Position numbers and translations under genes: made by a program
Origin: Lama guanicoe
Lineage: Eukaryota
DNA length: 64,000 bases
Assembly (NCBI GenBank): GCA_013239625.1
Contig: MU053561.1
Span: forward strand, 498,826-562,825
Reading direction: 5' to 3'
Notes under the pieces: generated by a model
Told to the model about the DNA's origin: nothing
Databases searched by the model: none
What the model saw: the letters and a program-made list of their open reading frames with translations, nothing else
In this document: in pieces, positions 56,392 to 64,000 of the stretch
How positions within the stretch are numbered: position 1 is the stretch's first letter
Layout: the number at the start of each line of letters is the position of its first letter

Positions 56392-58759
56392 AAGACAAAT
56401 TGTTAAAAGGAAAACATTTCCTAAAATAAGAGACCGAAGAGAGGGGAAGAGGAGAGAACAATTAAACAGGTCTATAGTTACTCGGAGACCCAGGCAGTCT
56501 TAGACTAAAAATGTATATATGTGTAAAAAATCAGACTTTCTGGATTCATCAGAGCTGTTGCACTTGGGCTAAGCCAGACCCCAGGACAGTCTTCCTTAGG
56601 CCCAACCAGAATCCGGTGGCATCTTCACAAAATAAGGATATTGTTGCCAAACTCCCCATGAGAATCCCCAGGAAATGGAGCAGGTGAACAAATGCAGAGC
56701 CTGCCCAGAACAGGCCGTCCCAGGTGGGTGACGCCACAGCTCGTGTCACTGCACAAGCAGCAAGCTGGGAACCAGGAGGCCAGGCTCTAGTCTGGGGTCT
56801 GCCAATAACAAGCGGAGTCACAGTGCCAGTCATGTCACCCCCACCCCCGGTCTCCTTCTGTAACATGAAAGTGTGGGAAGGAATGGCCCCTGGGGTCCCG
56901 CCCAGGTCTGATCAGACACCTGCAAGTGTAGGTCTCGCTGCCTGTCCCCAGTGGAGCACCCAGCCGGATTCCATGAGAACCTTCTCTCTTCCCTCCCCAC
57001 CACACAGGTCCTGGAGACAGAGAAAGGCCATGAGCATCTGGCTTCCAGGGTGAGGGCTCACTGTATTTACTGCACACAGGCCCCGAGCCTAGGAACAAGT
57101 TTGGACAAGTTACCTGCAGAGAGAAGAAAGCTGTTTTCTTTCCACTGAGGGGAGAAGAGAAATGAAGCTTATGCTGCAGCCTATTTAGATCTGGAGGGCC
57201 TCTCAGCACTGGGATGAGTGCTCAGGAGAGGCTCCAGAATTACTTCTCTGAAAGTGTGCATGCCTCAGGCATCCTCACTGGCTGGGGGCTAAGCCAGACC
57301 GCAGAGCTAGACGGAGGATCCTTCACAGGCACTCCAAGCCCTTTTATGTCTGTGGTTCTGAAATTGAATGCTCTCTCCAAAGCTACCACCCCCTCTTCAA
57401 ATCTGGCAATCCGCTTCCCAGAGGATACATCGAGTGGACAGGAGGATACAGACTGCCCAAGCGTCCACCCTGTTCTTGCAGGCTCTGAAGACAAGCCCAG
57501 GAACAGCACTAGTTTTTCCTTAACAAGCACAGCCTCTCTCTGTGGAAGGATCTCCCTTATGGAGATTTATCCCAAGTCTCTCTCTTTTCCCTCAAGGGTG
57601 TGCCCCTCAAACCAGCTTTCTGTGAAGCCAAGAAGTGTGAAGAGCCTGCAGTCAGATCAGCGCAGATGTGTACACAGAGCTCATCTGTCCCCTGGCAGAC
57701 TCCCCTTCAACAGACGCTGTGGCCAGACCTGATCCGGGCATCCCTTGTGGCCAGAATTCACAAGCTTTCAAGACCCCTTACATCCTCAACTACCCCTGTT
57801 CCATTCAGTTCTTCATTCAGTTGCATTATCAATGAATCCATTCAATCAGCACACATTTATTGATGGCCTCTGTGCCAAGCTGTCTCTGGCTGATCCCCAA
57901 AAACCCCTGCACTCCCAGGCACCACCCCCTTCTCGGGCCATACGTCGTCCTACTTGGCTCCATGCTGCCCACTCCTCTCCTCCACTCATGCCCACTGTGG
58001 CCCTTTGCAAATCCTCCCACATCCTCCTGGCGGTTTGCTGTGATTATAACTTTACTTCTGCAGCATCCCGAGGTCCTCTGTGGCACTCCCGCGGTGGGAA
58101 TCTCAACACCGCACCCACTCTGCTGTCTACATTCTCCCCTCTCTGGGTGCTGTATCTGTGTACGAGCGCCAGCTGGAACAGACATTTGCTACACTTAGTG
58201 GTCCTCCTCCCTGCTCCCAGTCCCTCAGCTGCCTTAGAGCTGAAAAACAGCAGGCCGCTGCTGTTGGATTTACAGCTGTTCCTGACAAATTCTGCCAACT
58301 CAGCAGTGGAAACCCGTTCACATTCTTCAAGTTCACACATGCTTCCTTTCCCAAGGAGGACAGGCTCGGCCTTGGGGGTGGATCTAGCATAGCTCCTGTG
58401 TCTGACTTAAATCAAAAAAACTCTTCAGGTCATTTTCCCCAGCTACAGAAAATGCAGGCAGGCACTGTTTGGCACAACATGCATGATCCTGATGAGGTAG
58501 ACGGCTATTTAACTTTTGCAAAACAAATCCTAGTGTAAAGGCTGGAAACTTGCTATTTTAAAAGAGTCTTTCAAAACGTGGACTCTGGCGTGGAAAAGTA
58601 TTTCCTTCTTTTTCCTTTCTTAAAATGCAGAGATAACTGACTATACTTCAATTGAAAAAAAAAAGATATAAATGTGGTTCAGTAAATTAAATGCATTACC
58701 AGTAGAGGTAGTGGATTCTGGCAGGCTATAACCAGCGAGGTAGTGGATTCTGACCAGCA

Positions 58760-58929
58760 CTGCCATTTAACGAAACAGAAGAAAGTATTAGGAATTAACA
58801 CATATAGTAAGGATAATCTTCCATGAAACTTTAGTGTATGTGTGTACACACACGTGTGTGTGTGCTGAGTTGTGATGTGAAAAATGAATTTCCTATTGTG
58901 GGTCATGGTCAAAGTGTAAAAGTCATTGA
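58760..58929 (+). mobile_element. hAT/Charlie-type MITE relic, copy 1
   Basis: Ends TTTCCTATTGTGGGTCATGGTCAAAGTGTAAAAGTCATTG and is homologous to the reverse complement of 59061-59210. Confidence 0.6.
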
Positions 58930-59060
58930 GACGTGGTAAGATTTAAATGTCCCTGCATATTAGGTTTATTTAAGATGCGACATCTGCTGATAGAAGAGGG
59001 ACACACAGTCTAAGTAACAGTTTGTTGAGCTCCAAACAAGATGCTCTTATTATTCCAAGC

Positions 59061-59325
59061 CAATGTTTTCCAAATTTCTGACTACAGCCCACGGTAAGAA
59101 ACACGCATTTAAGTTGTGATTTTATGCTCACATAACCACACACACGCACACACCCCCACCACACACGTAATTGAAACAAATTTCATGACACAATACTTAG
59201 CCTAGCTATCTGCATCGTTCTCTGATTATGTCTTACTTTTTTTTTTCCAATCCTAATCACGGTCCATTAAACTGACTTCATTACCCACTAATAAGCTGTG
59301 ATTTACTTCAAATCTGAAAAGCGTG
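59061..59325 (-). mobile_element. hAT/Charlie-type MITE relic, copy 2 (inverted relative to copy 1)
   Basis: CAATGTTTTCCAAA...TCTGAAAAGCGTG termini resemble TIRs. Internal (CA)-rich tract. Confidence 0.65.
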
Positions 59326-61443
59326 GTTCTGGTGGATAATTGTACTTTCTGACCACAGAGTGAGAGAGAGTAAACTGTGCCTGCCCAGAATACCAAGGAG
59401 GGGCAACAGAGGCCAAGCCTGGTTCAGGCAACGTACTCAAGTTTCCTTCAGTATGAAAAAGGCTTAAATAGAGGAGGGCAGGGGGCACTAACCCAGACTC
59501 CACTCCATGAAGAGTAACAAGGCATGACATGGATATGAGGACCCTCCAGTGGTCCAAGGAGACAAACCAGCTCTCTGAATCTAATGTCTTACAAAAAGAG
59601 ACAGAAAGCCCAGGCACTCCTAAACCGCTCAGTGATGCCCAGTGGCCGTTAGCCAACAGACTCCCTCCTCTCCTGCCAGGAGTTTTCAGAGCCTTTCAAA
59701 CATCCTCCAAGTTTCAGCTCCAGCTTCCCACCACCCATCCCGCCAACTTGCCGACTTCATGGGACCCCTCCACCACCGACAGAGGCCTCCCATTCTTCTC
59801 AATTCTGCACTGACCACTCCCTGTCCCCACCCTACCCCTGGGGTACAGGACTTTGGTTTCTATAAAACGGCTGTAAAGCACCAAGTCCAGGCCACTCTTT
59901 CCAACTTGGTGTTCTGGTGGAGGTGAGGGTCAGAAGGTGGTCTGGAGACCACTTCACTGACTTCTGGCCATTGCCCAAAGCAAGGCCATTGACACAAAAG
60001 AGAAAGTGACAGGTGTGAGGTGCCCACCTCCCATCAAGCTCCAAGGACTGGGTCCTAGGCCCTTGACCCCCCCATGTCCAGGCAGATCACCCCCTTCTCT
60101 CCATTTGCAGCAGCAGAACCCACAGAGGCCATGCTGCTGGATGGTCTCAGTGCTCAAGTACTGTGTCATCTGGTCAGTCATCTCCCGGTGTGTTGGCCAG
60201 GCCTACAAGCTTCTTGAACATAGGGACCAGTCAGAAACTTTTCTAAGTACAGGACAGGGGCTGGATACCCAGATACAGCACCATGGGGGAGGGGAGGCAG
60301 GGGGGGTCCACGGAGAAACACAGCAGCAGATGCAAGGGCAGACAAGGGGGCACAGGCAGTCAGGAGGACCATGCATGTGACTGACTCACAGCTCAAGCAA
60401 CAGCCGTTGCCTCTGTGGTTTGATTGAAGGGGCTCTCGGAGTAGAGAAGGGTGGAGGGGGTGGATCCGCGCTGAGACTGGTTGAGGTTGGTAGGCGGCCA
60501 CACTGCGGGGTAAGGGAGTTGGGGGGTGGGGTCCGAGACGCCTGGACACTGGGTGAGGTACAGAAGTAAGAGGTGCGGGAACTGGAGGGAAGAGTTCACA
60601 AAAAAAAGTCACAATCCTGGACGAGGCCAGCAAACCTCGCAGGGCCCTTACAAACAAGGTAGGAAAAGAGTGGAATTAGACTGCACTAATTATGTAACAC
60701 AGCCGTCGGAGATACGTTTCTGAGAAAGATCTGCTAAGAAATGTACATTTCCTGAGGTTGTTTGGGATCGGATTCTAGTTCGATCTGGTCAGGCCAAAGG
60801 TGAGGCCATCCTCCGAGGCCACGGGCGGAGTCTAAGCCTGGACCCCGGCAGTGGCAGCGCGGCCGCGTGGCCGGCGCGGGGATCTCGGGCGCCCGCGCCA
60901 GCCCCCTCTTCGGAGCGCTCCCTGGAGGCCAAGGCGCAGTGAAAACTCTCAGCACTCTTGCATCAGACGAAAGGCGGGTATGGCGTTTGCTGCCTGAGTC
61001 GAGCCGACTTCCCTGCAGTTTCTCAGGCAGCCACGAGACAGGCTGGGACTTCGCCAGGCACCTCCGCGCCCACCCCCTTTCCCAGGAAGGCGGAATTTGG
61101 CTAGGGGAGCCAGGGATTGGGAGGGGAAGGATGGCCGGTCCCTGAGCTCTACGCAGGGAAGCCACTTTAGTGCCCGTCCCCTGGCGCCCCAGCGCGGAGA
61201 GTCAGGGGTGGAGAGAGAGGCGGCGCGGAGCTGCCGGGGCCACAGAGCGCAAAGACGCTGGGAAGCCGCGCTGGCATCCCGCGGGCAGCCTGCAGGACCA
61301 TTTGGAGCAGCCTGCACTTTGCAATGCTGGCAGGAGGCACGCCAACGAGAAACATGCGGTTGCAAACTCAACAGAAAGTTTGCATCCTGCAGCTTGCCGC
61401 CGTTTGTTTCTGCCTCCATCTCCTCCCTCCCCCGCCCTCCCTA

Positions 61444-61935
<492 letters not shown>

Positions 61936-63539
61936 TCTGAGCCTTCAGATCCCCTCCCACTTCGTTGTTCTCCGGAGATGAATTTCTCAATCTCAGCCAA
62001 ACATTTCTCTACACATGGTGAGCATAATTTATGCTGACTAGCTCATGCATACATGAAGCAAACTGAGATTATATTCGTTCTCATAGTGAGAGAAATGTTT
62101 CACTTCTTTCCTCCCAAGGACCCATTCACTAATTCCTTAAAAAGCATTTTTTGAACGCACCTATTATGTGCAAGAACCCCGTGCTGGATGCCGAAGGGGC
62201 CCGAATATCAAAAAGACATAGCCGCTAACATCCAAGGGTACCAAAGACACAGACATGGAAAGTTAAATAATAGAAAGCAATAGGAAACTGCTTCTGAGCC
62301 CTCACAAAGCAGTGATTAATTCCAAATGAATGATGCGATGCGAATTATGAGCTTAAAAGAGAGCAAGAGCCTGATGCATTTGGACCAGCCAGAAGGCTTG
62401 TCCAAATTCAGTATTTTCCTCTTCCTCTACTTCCTCTCTGGCTATGAATAAGAAGAAAAGGAAAATGAAACATGGGACTCGCCTAATTTATATGACCAAG
62501 GAGGTACTTCCCAGCTCTTAACTCTTTTCTGTTTAAACCCCAGTATAAACAGGCTCCTCTATGCCCCACCTTCTAGAATACTGGAAAATTCCATTTTGGA
62601 TTATTTAAGGCCACCTAGGATTAGAAGCAGAATCAGGGATGGTCATAGATGAATTAGAATTCAGTTGTATAGACATATCCAGTCCAGCTAACCGTTGTAT
62701 TCCGTGGTCCTGTACCATTCACAAAACTCCAGTGCTAGATCCTTATCCCATAGATCTATGCAATGTTGATACTGTAAAGAAACGAAAGCTTGAACTGATA
62801 ACTCCTAGGCACAAATCAGATGTTAGATCAAATGTCCCAATGGGAAAGAAGATAATTTGTCTATCTTGTTTACTGGTTTGGCTGATTTTTTGGTCCCAAA
62901 TTCCAGCACTCGTATTTCATTTGTCATCCTCTCAGGAGGTGCCCAGCAGCCCTGAGGGGCCTGGGAACAGACAGTGAACCTGGCCCCAAAGACTAATGAA
63001 GTGACTTGGAAAGCACCCATTTTGGTTACCACTTTCATTAAACGGCTTCCAGGACTCACCCTCTGTCCCCATTCAGTGTAGAATCTAAAGTCTGCTGTCT
63101 CTAAAGTATAACCCCACGTCTTTACCCCAAGGCAAACTTCTCAGATGCTGTCTGAATTCTCAGCCAGAGGCCCTTCCACGCCTGTCACCTGGGCATTATT
63201 TTCTTTCTTTATTATTTATGCCCCACCTGCTTCCAAAACGGACACATGAAAGATACTTTTAAACCCATTAAGAAAAATAGTCAACAGATAAGATCAATTT
63301 CCAGGCTGAAAGGAGGGTGTGTGATAATGTTTTACCATAAACAAGTCATAAAGGTTACTCTTTAAATTTCTACAGCGTTGTCTTCAAGTTACATGCCTTG
63401 TGCAACATATATGTGAACATACCATGTCTATTTCCCCACCCCTTCCCCCAAGATTAGATTCAGCTTTATGTCCCTCTCATAATGCCTAGCACAGTGCTTT
63501 CTCGGTTGGGGTTCAGAAGACATTTCGTTCAAAATTAAC

Positions 63540-63960
63540 CTATCAAGCAAGCATCTACCATGTGCCAGGTACTGGGCCTTAACACCAGGGGTGTGGTGAT
63601 GCTCAACACACACCTCTTTCCACAGAAAGAGAGAAAAACAACATTTAGAGTGTAGCATTAGAAAGATGGATAGAGATGGGCCAAAGTGCTTTGGGAGCAA
63701 GAAGGAGACCCCCCAGGCACCCCTTCCTAGGGGCGCCAGGAAGGCTTCTAGTAAGGTTGCCTTTGAGCTGATGCTTTGATGCTCATCAAAGGCAGCCACT
63801 CCGAGAGGCCCAAGGATACAGAGATGAGTAGGCGTACAATATACTCTATTTTCAAACCGTTCATGGTCAATCATCTAATCTTGAAAGCTGAATAGGAAGC
63901 AGCCAGGTAGACCAGAAATAACATCTACAAAGACCCAGAGATGTGAAAAGTGACAAGGTG
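63540..63960 (-). mobile_element. L2 3' fragment
   Basis: CATCTACCATGTGCCAGGTACTGGG and AGGAAGGCTTC...TTTGAGCTG motifs. Confidence 0.55.
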
Positions 63961-64000
63961 TTCATCATGGCTTCTCCAGGGGCACTGGCTATGGGAGATG

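Noticed and set aside
57745..58392. 215-aa ORF and overlapping ORFs in PHGDH intron 1
   Set aside because: No recognisable domain, non-ATG start and low-complexity composition. Expected by chance in GC-rich intron sequence.
58705..58752. let-7-like sequence or CRISPR-like repeat-spacer-repeat
   Set aside because: Only the GAGGTAG seed matches, with no pre-miRNA hairpin. Two repeat copies in a mammalian intron are not an array.
62639..62977. 112-aa ORF upstream of PHGDH in divergent orientation
   Set aside because: No recognisable protein family, splice pattern or processed-pseudogene hallmarks.

Overview
Mammalian genomic DNA, very likely from a camelid, inferred from about nine copies of a tRNA-Ala-derived SINE of the Vic-1 type. 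The window holds two complete, convergent, intron-containing metabolic genes. HMGCS2 (mitochondrial HMG-CoA synthase) is on the + strand, with 9 coding exons at 12038-28537 giving 1527 nt (508 aa) and a 3'-UTR exon at about 30284-30760. PHGDH (D-3-phosphoglycerate dehydrogenase) is on the - strand, with 12 exons at 61725-34446 giving 1602 nt (533 aa). All coding-exon junctions are GT-AG, both reading frames are open and the catalytic residues are present. The rest is mostly interspersed repeats (L1, L2, MIR, LTRs, DNA-transposon relics, Vic-1-like SINEs) and microsatellites; almost all long ORFs in the track are spurious. I see no evidence of a new multi-gene system. The items most worth checking are: a Gly-His substitution in the normally conserved KSLARL helix of HMGCS2; a young antisense L1 inserted about 20 nt from the HMGCS2 exon 2 acceptor; two apparent retrotransposon 3' transductions; candidate enhancers (HNF4/FOXA/GATA in HMGCS2 intron 1, ATF4 in PHGDH intron 1, DR1/ERRE in PHGDH intron 5); and a CTCF-like site between the two 3' ends. 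Comparisons with human or other species are from memory and need an alignment.
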